A stretch of DNA of 64,000 nucleotides from Salinivirgaceae bacterium. Its GTDB lineage: Bacteria; Bacteroidota; Bacteroidia; Bacteroidales; SZUA-534. Below are positions 41,974-52,278 of the stretch, piece after piece; within the stretch, counting starts at the first letter, position 1; the number at the start of each line of letters is the position of its first letter. Under the pieces are notes generated by a model. The model searched no databases. It saw only the letters and a program-made list of their open reading frames with translations, and had not been told where the DNA came from. The DNA lies in the NCBI GenBank assembly GCA_024405635.1, contig JAKSOL010000011.1, forward strand, positions 1-64,000, read 5' to 3'. The position numbers and the translations under genes are program-made.

Positions 41974-44900
41974 TTATATTCTTAGACCGATAACTAGGAT
42001 ATCGTCAACCTGTTCGTAGTCTGCCTTGAATTCTATGTGTATATTGTCCAAAATTTGGCGTTGACGCTCCATTGGCAAATTCCATATCTGCAACAGACTT
42101 TGCCTAAATCGGTTCTTCTTGAATTTCTCAGTACCGTTTTGTCCACCAAATTGGTCGCAGTAGCCATCGGAAAAGAAATAAAGGCAATCACCCTCTTGAA
42201 CACTGATGGTGTTGTTTGCAAAATGTTTTTGGTTTTGCACAATATCGCCAAACGCGCACGGCATTTTATCTACCTTATATTCAATAAGTTCTCCGTTTCT
42301 TATTAAAAATAACGGGTTGTGGGCTCCTGCAAACTGCACTTCCATTTTCTCCCTATCGATGGCCAACAAACATAAGTCCATACCATCTTTAGCTGCATTA
42401 TCTCCTTTGTCGGAAAAAGAGCGTATAATGCTTTCCCTCAGCTCGTCGAGTATGATGCCAGGTTCGTCGTTGTGCTCCACTTTTACAATCGAATTCAGCG
42501 AGTTCATGCCAAGCATGCTCATCATGGCTCCTGGAACACCGTGACCTGTGCAGTCAGCGGCCGTAATTATTAGCTTTTTACCAAGCTCAGCGCACCAATA
42601 AAAATCGCCACTCACTATGTCGCGAGGCTTAAACAAGATGAACGAATCGCTTACATAGTTTTTCATACACTCGGTGTTTGGCAACGATAGGCGTTGAATA
42701 CGGGCCGCATAGTTGATGCTATCGGTTAACTCCATGTTCTGTTCCTTAATGGTGTCAAGTTGCTCGCTTATCTGCTTTGTTTGACGCTTTACTTCCATGT
42801 CAAGCAATCGGTTTCGTGCCTTCAACTGATAGGTGTAGTATTTTACACCTCCGTAAATCATCAGCATAACGAGTAGCAAATAAATAACGTAGGCTACAAT
42901 TGTACGATACCATGGTGGTCGTATGGTGAACGAATATTCGGCAATGCTACTTTCGATGCCAAACACGTTGCGCGCCCTTACTTGAAATATGTACTTTCCT
43001 TCGCGCAAATTATTGAACGACACGCTGTTTGACCCTAACCAGTTGGACCAGTTAGTCATCAATCCTGATAAGTAATATGAATATTCGAGTGCGCCTGGGC
43101 AACGGAACCATGGTGCCGAAAAGTTAAACGAGAGCGAATTATACTTATAGCTTATCTTCTTGTTTGGCGTTCTAATAAAGACATTTGGCGCATCGGTTAT
43201 TATTTCCCTGTTCACTACGTAGTACGACACATAGTCAATAGGCGAATAGTTATCGCACATTACCAAACCGCCTACCGTTCCTAACCATATATACCTATTG
43301 TTTGTAGCATAAATGGCATTAATCTTACCAACGTCAAGGCCGCGGAATTTCTTGTCGTTCAACGTACTGTCGCCTTTGCTGTAATAAGCAATGTTGGTGC
43401 CTTGCGAAATCCACGCAGTGTTGTCGTCGCTCTTTACCATAAATAGGTTGCCCATCATGTTTAGCTCGTCGGCAGGCGTAAAATAAAACAATTCGTAAGT
43501 ATGAAGCGTGTCGTCGATAGATGTTGTCACACGCTCGTTGCCTGTTTTGCAAATGATGCCATTGTTTAGAAACATCACTTGCCCATATAGTTTTATTGGT
43601 TTTGAAGGACCAGGTTTTAATCCATTGGTCTCGCCATAATACTCAACCGAGGCATCAAAACCATCGTAGTTTACTTGTGCTATGCCCTGTGTGCTAGAAC
43701 CGAGCCAAATGGTGTATATTCCAATGCTATCAACCTGATTTTCGATATCAGTTACACTGAATCCCTCTGCCTCTCCAATAATTGGAATCCACTTATTGTC
43801 AATATTTTCGCAAATAATGAGACCTTGACTACCTCCAGCAAACAGACACATACCATCGGCACTTACCGATATGCAATGAACATCGGCGCTCGATAGTTTT
43901 TCAAACTTGCCGTAAGCCGACATTACAAACAAACCATCGGCAGTGCCAACAAAAAGCGATTCGGAAGTTCTTGCCAAGCACCAAACCGTATTTTTTAGGT
44001 TGCCCACCTCTTCAAAAAGCGCTTCAGTGTAGTTTCTCAAATTGCGCTTTTGAACCAACAGTCCGTTTGACGTACCTACAAATAACTGCCCTTTATAGTC
44101 AATCACCGCATTTACGCTACCATTTATTCCACTTTCTGACGAAAATACAGATATAACATCGTTAGTAGGCAATAGCGTAATGCCCTTGTTAGTTGTTATC
44201 CAAATGTTTTGCTCGCGGTCGCAGAAAATGTTGTTTATGCAATTGTCTATCAATCCGTTGTTAATGTTCTTATGCGAAACAATTGTTCCGTCGGTATTGA
44301 CAATCATAACGCCATTGTCGTACGAACCAAGAGCCAACGTAGTATCGTTAATTAAAATGCAACTAGTTACCTTAAAATCTTCGTTCTTAATAGTCTTATC
44401 AAGTTTCGACGTGTTAGGTGTTATCTTATTGTCGTGCAATATCCAAGACCCGTCTTCGTAGCTGACTATCAATATGCTATCGCCATCTATTGACAACATT
44501 CCAAATATTCCCACGTTGGCAAACACATCGCCATTTGGCACTACCGAAACGGTATCGGCATTCAACACAGCAAGCCCCACTTCACGCTGACGAACGTAAA
44601 GTTTATTGTTGACACAAAACGAATTATGAAAAGTTGTGCTCGGTTCTATAATGGTGATTTTTTCGCCGTCATAAGCAAAAATGTAATTGTAGCTCTGAAA
44701 ATAAACCCTACCATCAATACGGTAAATTTTCCATATTTCGGAGAATGGCGAAATGTAGTTTCTTATTGAATCAGACAGCGAATAATAATCGAACGACTCG
44801 CCATTTTCGTGCAACAAAAGCATTCCAAACTCATTTGAACCGCCTACAAAAATGGTGTCGCAAGTCGGGTTTGTCAAAATGGACTTAACCCATACTCCAG

Positions 44901-45126
44901 GCTTTACACTAATGCGGTCCCAAAAACTGCCATCGTATTTGAAAATGGCATTGGCTGTGCCAAAAAACATAATGCCTTGCGCATTTTGGGCAATGGCATA
45001 GTTCTCAGCATCATAGTTTTGTCCATAATTTTTTGGACCATAATTTACTGGTGAGTAATTTCTTATTTGCGCGTTGGCCACAATTGGTACTACCAACAAT
45101 ATAAGCAGAATGGCTCTTTTAATCAT
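41974..45126 (-). CDS. Membrane sensor phosphatase: periplasmic beta-propeller/Y_Y_Y domain, TM helix, cytoplasmic SpoIIE/PP2C domain
   Basis: Signal peptide; propeller repeats (NNGLIDNCINNIFCDREQNIWITTNKGI); Y_Y_Y (YSYYLSG...NLREGKYIFQVRARN); PPWYRT-TM; PRDIVSGDFYW, ADCTGHGVPGA, DGMD, FSDGYCDQFGG, QVDDIL. Confidence 0.92.
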   Translation of the reverse strand: MIKRAILLILLVVPIVANAQIRNYSPVNYGPKNYGQNYDAENYAIAQNAQGIMFFGTANAIFKYDGSFWDRISVKPGVWVKSILTNPTCDTIFVGGSNEFGMLLLHENGESFDYYSLSDSIRNYISPFSEIWKIYRIDGRVYFQSYNYIFAYDGEKITIIEPSTTFHNSFCVNNKLYVRQREVGLAVLNADTVSVVPNGDVFANVGIFGMLSIDGDSILIVSYEDGSWILHDNKITPNTSKLDKTIKNEDFKVTSCILINDTTLALGSYDNGVMIVNTDGTIVSHKNINNGLIDNCINNIFCDREQNIWITTNKGITLLPTNDVISVFSSESGINGSVNAVIDYKGQLFVGTSNGLLVQKRNLRNYTEALFEEVGNLKNTVWCLARTSESLFVGTADGLFVMSAYGKFEKLSSADVHCISVSADGMCLFAGGSQGLIICENIDNKWIPIIGEAEGFSVTDIENQVDSIGIYTIWLGSSTQGIAQVNYDGFDASVEYYGETNGLKPGPSKPIKLYGQVMFLNNGIICKTGNERVTTSIDDTLHTYELFYFTPADELNMMGNLFMVKSDDNTAWISQGTNIAYYSKGDSTLNDKKFRGLDVGKINAIYATNNRYIWLGTVGGLVMCDNYSPIDYVSYYVVNREIITDAPNVFIRTPNKKISYKYNSLSFNFSAPWFRCPGALEYSYYLSGLMTNWSNWLGSNSVSFNNLREGKYIFQVRARNVFGIESSIAEYSFTIRPPWYRTIVAYVIYLLLVMLMIYGGVKYYTYQLKARNRLLDMEVKRQTKQISEQLDTIKEQNMELTDSINYAARIQRLSLPNTECMKNYVSDSFILFKPRDIVSGDFYWCAELGKKLIITAADCTGHGVPGAMMSMLGMNSLNSIVKVEHNDEPGIILDELRESIIRSFSDKGDNAAKDGMDLCLLAIDREKMEVQFAGAHNPLFLIRNGELIEYKVDKMPCAFGDIVQNQKHFANNTISVQEGDCLYFFSDGYCDQFGGQNGTEKFKKNRFRQSLLQIWNLPMERQRQILDNIHIEFKADYEQVDDILVIGLRI

Positions 45127-45206
45127 CTTTATTATTTCATACTTGATTATACAAATATGCAAAAAAGAGAATGATAAAGACTAAGAACATATTACGTCGT
45201 ACAAAC

Positions 45207-45247
45207 GGCTTTGAAGTAACTGACAAATTCAACATTAAGATTAGCAA
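45207..45247 (+). repeat. 41-bp direct repeat, copy 2 (ileS-derived fragment)
   Basis: ggctttgaagtaactgacaaattcaacattaagattagcaa translates GFEVTDKFNIKISK versus IleS GLEVTDKINIKISK. Confidence 0.85.
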
Positions 45248-45263
45248 GCTCTTTATAACACCT

Positions 45264-45302
45264 AAATCGGTGAAAGAAGATATATTCTTTTACCGATTTT
45301 TT
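45264..45302 (+). terminator. Terminator-like hairpin right after the ileS-like fragment
   Basis: aaatcggtgaaagaa-gatata-ttcttttaccgattt plus T run. Confidence 0.65.
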
Positions 45303-45368
45303 GTTTGTTTCGATATGCGAATGGCTATATATGTTTTACATATTTATATTATTCGCATAGTTTGACGC

Positions 45369-45401
45369 AAAAAAACCGACTGCTTTTAGGCAATCGGTTT
45401 T
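45369..45401. terminator. Terminator-like hairpin (bidirectional type)
   Basis: aaaaaaaccgactgc-tttta-ggcaatcggtttt. Confidence 0.6.
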
Positions 45402-45718
45402 ATGAGTTTTTATGCAAGATCTAGTTAAGAATACTTTCTACTTTTCTTTGCCATTCTCGTCAATATAAACTCTTGTTGTTTTTAGCCGCATCAAACTTAC
45501 TTTTACCAGTAAAACTTGCTCTTTTCTATTTCACAACCTACATTTGTTGTATTTAGGATAAAACTCGTTTCTAAATATTGTCTGTTGCTTGCAATTCATC
45601 AATTATCAACTTGGTAGAAACATTGATAATCTAAAATCTCATGCTATCGAATAATAGACAATAGGCAAAATAGATAATGTTTTCACGTAACAAAACTTTG
45701 TTACCTTTGCGCTACAAT

Positions 45719-45789
45719 TGTGGAAAGATTTGAGATGATTGCAACCACAGAAAAAAATGCTAAAGCACATTCTTTTCCTTTTATCTCGA
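45719..45789 (+). ncRNA. SAM-II riboswitch, long-loop Bacteroidota type
   Basis: P1 tgtgg/ccaca; conserved GATTT (45727-31), TTGC (45739-42) and GCTAAA (45759-64); tgagatga (45731-38) can pair with ttatctcg (45781-88); TACCTTTG promoter at 45702-09; directly upstream of metK. Confidence 0.75.
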
Positions 45790-45822
45790 CTTTCCCTTTA
45801 ACTTATTAAATTTTAATTAGTT

Positions 45823-47079
45823 ATGGGATACTTATTTACTTCTGAATCGGTGTCGGAAGGACACCCAGACAAAGTTGCCGATCAAATTTCGGACGCCATT
45901 GTTGACCAATTTTTGGCCTACGATGCAAAATCAAAAGTAGCTTGCGAAACACTTGTAACCACAGGACAAGTGGTTGTAGCTGGCGAGGTTAAATCTGATG
46001 CCTACGTTGACGTGCAAGAAGTGGCACGCGAAGTGATTAACGCCATTGGCTACACCAAAGCCGAGTATCGTTTCGATGGCGAATCGTGCGGTGTGCTATC
46101 GGCTATACACGAGCAGTCGGCCGACATTAACCAAGGCGTTGAGCGCGAAAAACATGAAGACCAAGGCGCTGGCGACCAAGGTATTATGTTTGGTTATGCT
46201 AGCAACGAAACCGACAACTACATGCCTCTATCGCTCGACCTTGCACACCAATTGCTTATTGAACTTGCTGCTATTCGCCGCGAGGGTAAAGTAATGACCT
46301 ACCTTCGTCCCGATGCAAAAAGCCAAGTTACTATTGAATATGGCGACGATAACAAACCTCAACGCATTCACACCATTGTTATTTCAACCCAACACGACGA
46401 GTTTGACGAAGAGGTTGCAATGCAAAACAAGATTAAACAAGATGTGATTGATATTCTTATTCCACGCACATTTGCCAAAATGCCACAACGTGTTCAGGCT
46501 TTACTCAATATGAACAACCTAACACTACACGTTAACCCAACTGGCAAGTTTGTAATTGGTGGACCTCATGGCGACACCGGTTTAACTGGTCGCAAAATTA
46601 TTGTTGACACCTACGGCGGCAAAGGCGCACACGGCGGTGGCGCATTCTCAGGCAAAGACCCATCGAAAGTTGACCGCTCAGCTGCTTACGCTGCTCGCCA
46701 CATTGCCAAAAACATGGTTGCTGCTGGCGTTGCCGACGAAATGCTTGTTCAACTAGCCTACGCTATTGGCGTTGCTCAACCTGTTAGCGTGTTTGTAAAC
46801 ACATTTGGCACTGCCAAAGTGAAAGCAACCGATGGCGAGATTGCCGAAAAAATAAACCAATTGTTCGACCTTCGTCCAGCCGCCATTGAAGACCGCTTGA
46901 AACTTCGCAAACCTATTTACCGCGAAACAGCTGCCTATGGCCACATGGGTCGCCAACCTAAAACTATTACCAAAGTGTTTAATAGCCCTTATCTTGGTAA
47001 AAAAGAGATTGAAGTTGAGCTATTTACTTGGGAAAAAGTTGATTACGTTGAAAAGATAAAAGCCACATTCGGGTTATAA
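45823..47079 (+). CDS. metK: S-adenosylmethionine synthetase
   Basis: [28 protein letters not shown] and VDRSAAY signatures. Confidence 0.98.
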   Translation: MGYLFTSESVSEGHPDKVADQISDAIVDQFLAYDAKSKVACETLVTTGQVVVAGEVKSDAYVDVQEVAREVINAIGYTKAEYRFDGESCGVLSAIHEQSADINQGVEREKHEDQGAGDQGIMFGYASNETDNYMPLSLDLAHQLLIELAAIRREGKVMTYLRPDAKSQVTIEYGDDNKPQRIHTIVISTQHDEFDEEVAMQNKIKQDVIDILIPRTFAKMPQRVQALLNMNNLTLHVNPTGKFVIGGPHGDTGLTGRKIIVDTYGGKGAHGGGAFSGKDPSKVDRSAAYAARHIAKNMVAAGVADEMLVQLAYAIGVAQPVSVFVNTFGTAKVKATDGEIAEKINQLFDLRPAAIEDRLKLRKPIYRETAAYGHMGRQPKTITKVFNSPYLGKKEIEVELFTWEKVDYVEKIKATFGL

Positions 47080-47101
47080 CCTACTTAAAGCTGAACAATA
47101 C

Positions 47102-47133
47102 AAAAGCTCGTGGCTGCGGCTGCGGGCTTTTTT
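47102..47133 (+). terminator. Rho-independent terminator after metK
   Basis: aaaagctcgtggc-tgcg-gctgcgggctttttt. Confidence 0.75.
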
Positions 47134-47259
47134 GTTTTTAACAGGCATTGGCAAATTGTTGCACTACTCACGCTGGCATTTTTTACAAAATAGCTGCTAA
47201 TTAGGCCATAACTTCCTATTGCTTAAAAATATATCTTTGCGCTTTAATTTTTTAAGAGC

Positions 47260-49326
47260 ATGAAAGACTACAAAAGATACACCATTACATCGGCTCTACC
47301 CTACGCCAACGGACCTGTACACATTGGCCACTTGGCAGGTGTTTATGTTCCAGCCGACATATATGTGCGCTACTTACGCGCCAAAGGCAAAGACGTGGTT
47401 TTTATTGGCGGTAGCGATGAACACGGAGTACCAGTAACCATCCGCGCACGCAAAGAGGGAATAACCACACAAGAGGTTGTTGACCGCTATCACAAACTAA
47501 TCAAAGAATCGTTTGAGGAGTTTGGTATCTCGTTTGACATTTACTCGCGCACCACAAGCAATATTCACCACAAATTTGCATCAGACTTCTTCCGCACCCT
47601 TTACGACAAAAACCAGCTTGAAGAACATACTGAAGAACAATTCTGCGACGAAGTTACCGGCGAATTCCTAACCGACCGCAACATTGTAGGAACATGCCCA
47701 CGATGCGGAGCCGAAGGCGCTTATGGCGACCAATGCGAAAAATGTGGCGCTACTCTTTCGCCCGACGAACTAATCAATCCAACTAACAAAAATAATCCTG
47801 GTCACGGACTAGTTAAACGCCCTACCAAAAACTGGTATCTACCACTTGGAAACTACCAGCAATGGTTAAAAGAATGGATTATTGACGGCCACAAAGAATG
47901 GAAAACCAACGTGTATGGTCAATGCAAAAGTTGGCTCGACATGGACCTTCAGCCCCGTGCCATGACCCGCGACCTTGAGTGGGGCATTCCTGTGCCAGTT
48001 GAAGGTGCCGATGGCAAAGTACTTTACGTTTGGTTTGATGCTCCTATTGGCTACATATCGAACACTAAAGAACTTTGCGACCGCGAACCTGAAAAATGGG
48101 GCTCGTGGCAACAATGGTGGCAAGACGACGACACTCGCCTTATCCACTTTATTGGCAAAGACAACATTGTGTTCCACTGCATAATATTTCCAACCATGCT
48201 AAAGGCACATGGAGGTTACATTTTGCCTGAAAACGTGCCTGCAAACGAGTTCCTAAACCTTGAAGGCGACAAAATTTCGACCTCAAGAAACTGGGCTGTT
48301 TGGCTAAACGAGTACTTGGTCGATTTTCCTGGCAAACAAGACGTGCTTCGCTACGTGCTTACTGCCAATGCTCCAGAAACCAAAGACAACGACTTTACTT
48401 GGAAAGACTTTCAAGCCCGCAACAACAACGAGTTGGTAGCCATTTTGGGAAACTTTGTAAACCGCACAATAGTGCTTACACAAAAATACTATGGCGGCAA
48501 AACTCCATCCATTACCGCAATTACCGACTACGACAAAGAAATACTTGCCGAACTAGCTGCAAGTAAAGAACGCGTAGAACAAGCCCTTGAGCAGTTCCGT
48601 TTCCGCGAGGCTCTAAAACTTGTTATGGACATTGCACGTCTTGGCAACAAATACCTAGCCGAAACCGAACCTTGGAAAGTTGTAAAAACAGATGCCGAAA
48701 GAGTGCAAACCATAATGAACATCAGCTTGCAAATTGTGGCCAACCTTTCAATTGTTTGCGATCCATTTATGCCATTCAGCGCTGAAAAAATGTGCAAACT
48801 ACTAAACATTGAAAAACTAAACTGGGAGCAACTTGGTTCCGATAAGTTGATAGCCGACGGCCACCAAATAGGCGAACCTTTCCTTCTGTTTGAAAAAATT
48901 GAAGACGAGTCCATTGACGCCCAAATAAAACGACTTGAAGATATAAAGAAGGCAACTGAAGAGTCTAAACTAGCCGAAGCACCTGTAGCTCCGCTTAAAC
49001 CTGAAATAACTTACGACGACTTTAGCAAGATGGACCTTCGCACCGCAACAATTCTTGAGGCCGAACGCGTTCCTAAATCCGACAAGTTGATGAAACTTCT
49101 TGTTGATACAGGTATCGACAAACGCACCGTTGTTTCGGGCATAGCCAAACACTTTACTGCCGAAGAACTAATTGGCAAACGTGTCACCATATTGGCCAAC
49201 CTTGCCCCACGCAAACTAATGGGCATCGAAAGCCACGGAATGATTCTAATGGCCGAAAACTACAATGGCGATTTGGCAATGATACCTGCCGAAAAAGACG
49301 TGAAAAATGGTTCAGTAATTTGCTAA
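47260..49326 (+). CDS. metG: Methionine--tRNA ligase with C-terminal tRNA-binding (OB) domain
   Basis: [12 protein letters not shown], zinc knuckle CPRC...CEKC, YVWFDA, KISTS, C-terminal [15 protein letters not shown]. Confidence 0.98.
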   Translation: MKDYKRYTITSALPYANGPVHIGHLAGVYVPADIYVRYLRAKGKDVVFIGGSDEHGVPVTIRARKEGITTQEVVDRYHKLIKESFEEFGISFDIYSRTTSNIHHKFASDFFRTLYDKNQLEEHTEEQFCDEVTGEFLTDRNIVGTCPRCGAEGAYGDQCEKCGATLSPDELINPTNKNNPGHGLVKRPTKNWYLPLGNYQQWLKEWIIDGHKEWKTNVYGQCKSWLDMDLQPRAMTRDLEWGIPVPVEGADGKVLYVWFDAPIGYISNTKELCDREPEKWGSWQQWWQDDDTRLIHFIGKDNIVFHCIIFPTMLKAHGGYILPENVPANEFLNLEGDKISTSRNWAVWLNEYLVDFPGKQDVLRYVLTANAPETKDNDFTWKDFQARNNNELVAILGNFVNRTIVLTQKYYGGKTPSITAITDYDKEILAELAASKERVEQALEQFRFREALKLVMDIARLGNKYLAETEPWKVVKTDAERVQTIMNISLQIVANLSIVCDPFMPFSAEKMCKLLNIEKLNWEQLGSDKLIADGHQIGEPFLLFEKIEDESIDAQIKRLEDIKKATEESKLAEAPVAPLKPEITYDDFSKMDLRTATILEAERVPKSDKLMKLLVDTGIDKRTVVSGIAKHFTAEELIGKRVTILANLAPRKLMGIESHGMILMAENYNGDLAMIPAEKDVKNGSVIC

Positions 49327-49336
49327 CACACTGATT

Positions 49337-50818
49337 ATGCAACAATTATACATATACAACACATTGTCGCGCACCAAGCAACCATTCAAATCGATAACTC
49401 CCGATAGAGTTGGAATGTATGTGTGCGGACCAACCGTTTACGGCGATGCCCACCTTGGACACGCCCGCCCAGCCATCACTTTCGACATTCTGTATCGTTA
49501 CTTGTTACATCTTGGCTACAAAGTGCGCTATGTGCGCAACATAACCGACGTTGGCCACCTTGAGCACGATGCCGACGAAGGTGAAGACAAGATTGCAAAA
49601 AAAGCTCGCCTTGAACAATTGGAGCCAATGGAAGTGGTGCAACACTACACATTGCGCTACCACGAGGCCATGAAAAAACTTAACGTGCTGCCTCCAACCA
49701 TCGAGCCACGCGCATCGGGCCACATTATTGAGCAAATTGAATTTGTAAAGAAAATTCTCAACAACGGTTTTGCATACGTAAGCAACGGGTCGGTTTATTT
49801 CGACATTGAGGCCTACAGCAAAAAATTCAACTACGGCAAACTATCGGGACGCAACGTTGAGGAGATGCTTTCGACCACACGCGACCTTGACGGACAAGAG
49901 GAAAAACGTAACACTTGCGACTTTGCCCTTTGGAAAAAGGCTCAACCTGAACACATTATGCGTTGGCCATCGCCTTGGAGCGACGGTTTCCCAGGCTGGC
50001 ACATGGAATGTTCGGCCATGAGTTGCAAATACCTTGGCGAAGAATTTGACATTCATGGTGGCGGCATGGACCTTGTGTTCCCTCACCACGAGAGCGAAAT
50101 AGCACAATCGGCAGCTGCACTTGGCCACGATTCGGTGCGCTACTGGATGCACAACAACATGATTACCATCAACGGACAGAAGATGGGCAAATCGTTAGGC
50201 AACTTTATCACACTCGACGAGTTTTTTAACGGCTCGCACAAGGACAAAGACGGCAACGAGATGCTTGCTCAAGCCTACTCGCCAATGACCATTCGCTTCT
50301 TCATCCTTCAGGCCCACTACCGTTCAACAGTCGATTTTGGCAACGATGCACTACAAGCATCTGAAAAAGGTCTTGCAAAGATTATTGATGCCTTCAACCG
50401 ATTGATGAAACTTCAAGCAGGCAAAGAAACAACTGTTGACGTGGCAGGCTTGCGCCAACGCTGCGAGGACGCCATGTGCGACGACTTGAATACTCCAATT
50501 GTGATTTCGCACTTGTTTGATGCTGCCAAAGCCATAAACACCGTTTCAGACGGCAAAGGCACCATTAACGAGGCTGACCTAAACGAGTTGAAGGACGTGT
50601 TTAAGACTTTCGTTATTGATGTTTTAGGATTGCAAGTAGAGGAATCGGGCAACAGCAGCAACGAAGCCTACAAACAAGCCATAGATTTGCTACTTTCGAT
50701 TCGCCAACAAGCCAAAGCCAACAAAGATTGGGCTACAAGCGATAAAATACGCAACGAACTTTCATCGCTTGGATTCACCATAAAAGACACAAAAGACGGA
50801 TTTGAGTGGAGTTTATAG
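49337..50818 (+). CDS. cysS: Cysteine--tRNA ligase
   Basis: YVCGPTVY...[31 protein letters not shown]. Confidence 0.98.
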   Translation: MQQLYIYNTLSRTKQPFKSITPDRVGMYVCGPTVYGDAHLGHARPAITFDILYRYLLHLGYKVRYVRNITDVGHLEHDADEGEDKIAKKARLEQLEPMEVVQHYTLRYHEAMKKLNVLPPTIEPRASGHIIEQIEFVKKILNNGFAYVSNGSVYFDIEAYSKKFNYGKLSGRNVEEMLSTTRDLDGQEEKRNTCDFALWKKAQPEHIMRWPSPWSDGFPGWHMECSAMSCKYLGEEFDIHGGGMDLVFPHHESEIAQSAAALGHDSVRYWMHNNMITINGQKMGKSLGNFITLDEFFNGSHKDKDGNEMLAQAYSPMTIRFFILQAHYRSTVDFGNDALQASEKGLAKIIDAFNRLMKLQAGKETTVDVAGLRQRCEDAMCDDLNTPIVISHLFDAAKAINTVSDGKGTINEADLNELKDVFKTFVIDVLGLQVEESGNSSNEAYKQAIDLLLSIRQQAKANKDWATSDKIRNELSSLGFTIKDTKDGFEWSL

Positions 50819-50826
50819 GACTGCGT

Positions 50827-50861
50827 CAATTGACAATTGACAATTGACAATTGACAATTGA
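50827..50861. repeat. Tandem heptamer repeat (CAATTGA)x5
   Basis: Five exact copies read directly, 8 bp after the cysS stop. Confidence 0.95.
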
Positions 50862-50866
50862 TAATG

Positions 50867-50900
50867 AAATGCTGAAAACCCAAGGTTTTCAGCATTTTTT
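50867..50900 (+). terminator. Rho-independent terminator after cysS
   Basis: aaatgctgaaaacc-caa-ggttttcagcattt plus T run; perfect 14-bp stem. Confidence 0.88.
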
Positions 50901-50932
50901 GTATAGCATTGTTTAATAGGCGATTATGGGGT

Positions 50933-50989
50933 TTTTGCACTATAAAAGTGCATTTTTGGCGTTTTTTTGCACTTTCGAGGTGCAATTTG
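50933..50989. repeat. Double-palindrome element, copy A: two TGCAC-N7-GTGCA boxes
   Basis: tgcac-tataaaa-gtgca (50936-52) and tgcac-tttcgag-gtgca (50968-84); direct repeat of 53483-53540. Confidence 0.8.
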
Positions 50990-51026
50990 ACACACTTTAA
51001 TTAATGTTGCTTAACCAAAGACTTTG

Positions 51027-52115
51027 TTACTTCTCCAAAGCTTTTGATACTATTTTATCGATATCAGAAGGTTGGAAAGAGCGGTCAAGGACTACGCCAT
51101 CCTTATCAAAGAGAATAAGCTCTGGTATACCATAGATACCATAGATATCAGTAGGGATTTTGTCGGCATCGATAATTAGGCTCCATGTCATTCCTTCCTC
51201 TTCGATAGCCTTAATGCTTCTATCGTGTTTATCCCATACGGCAATACCGAGGACATTAAAATTATCGCCTCCGAACTTCTCATAAGCAGCCTTGATATAA
51301 GGCATAGCGCGACGGCAAGGACCGCACCAGCTTGCCCAAAAATCGACAAGAACTACCTTGCCATTACCGATATAGTCGGAGAATTTAGCAGGTGTACCAT
51401 CAAGATTACCCTTTTCGATAGAAAAATCGATGAACTTAGTGCCAGGCTTAGTATTCTCGAAATTCTCCTTCTGCTCTGTACCCGTCTTAATTGGACCATA
51501 AGAAGCGACATAGTCGCCAGCATTGTCGAGAGCAGCCATGTATGTGTTGAAGTCAAGTTTTTCAGCAGACTGTATATAGCTATCCCAGAATACGAATTGA
51601 CCGAAAGCATTATTCTTGTTTAGGTTTATAAGGCTATCAGCGTGAGCCATTAGTGTTTGGTTGTAATCGTTCAAAAGCGCTTCTATAGCTGCATTTTTGC
51701 TATCTTCATCCTTGGTAGAGTCAGTCAATATAGCCTCGTATTGTTGGCCCGCAGACTTTGTGAGTTCGCTAGAAAAGCTGATAAACTTGCCGAGGTTATT
51801 ATTAAGAGGAGTACCCTCGCCACAAGCAGTTTCAAAATTGACATTGATATCGCCGGGCTCAACGATGATATTAGCGTATGTACGAGCGTTAGGAACCTTC
51901 ACGCGGCGGATTTGAGAGCCATCGATAGTGCCAAATATAGTAGCCTTAGCATTGAGAACAACAGCAGAGTCGGTATTTGACTCTGTCTCATAATCGTACA
52001 GATAAACTACAGTACTATCTGCCACGTCAGGGAGATCCATTATAACAGCGTACTTATTGTTTTGGCATGATGCCAGAGAGATAGCAGCGAGAAATAAAAA
52101 TATTTTTGTTTTCAT
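51027..52115 (-). CDS. TlpA-family thiol:disulfide oxidoreductase lipoprotein (DUF4369 + AhpC/TSA-like)
   Basis: Lipobox LAS-C; VDFWASWCGPCR; YGIYGIP. Confidence 0.92.
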   Translation of the reverse strand: MKTKIFLFLAAISLASCQNNKYAVIMDLPDVADSTVVYLYDYETESNTDSAVVLNAKATIFGTIDGSQIRRVKVPNARTYANIIVEPGDINVNFETACGEGTPLNNNLGKFISFSSELTKSAGQQYEAILTDSTKDEDSKNAAIEALLNDYNQTLMAHADSLINLNKNNAFGQFVFWDSYIQSAEKLDFNTYMAALDNAGDYVASYGPIKTGTEQKENFENTKPGTKFIDFSIEKGNLDGTPAKFSDYIGNGKVVLVDFWASWCGPCRRAMPYIKAAYEKFGGDNFNVLGIAVWDKHDRSIKAIEEEGMTWSLIIDADKIPTDIYGIYGIPELILFDKDGVVLDRSFQPSDIDKIVSKALEK

Positions 52116-52278
52116 ACTATAGTTAGTGTATTTGCGTTATTAACGCAGCAAAGATGTTGTTGTACATTTGTATGTCACCCACAAAGATGATGCTTATTTG
52201 ACTATTAACCAATATTAGTTCTTGTATTCACTATATGAATATATTTTTCTTTCTTTAAGAACCATTGTAACAAACACG

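Noticed and set aside
31242-45206. Active integrative element or prophage
   Set aside because: No integrase, transposase, relaxase or phage gene is recognisable, so it is reported only as a possible relic.
45171-45365. 64-aa ORF MIKTKNILRRTNGFEVTDKFNIKISK...
   Set aside because: Its only protein-like part is the ileS-derived 41-mer and it runs through two hairpins; treated as a repeat remnant, not a gene.
50668-50985. Minus-strand ORF containing NCQLSIVNCQL
   Set aside because: It is the translation of the heptamer repeat and overlaps cysS antisense.
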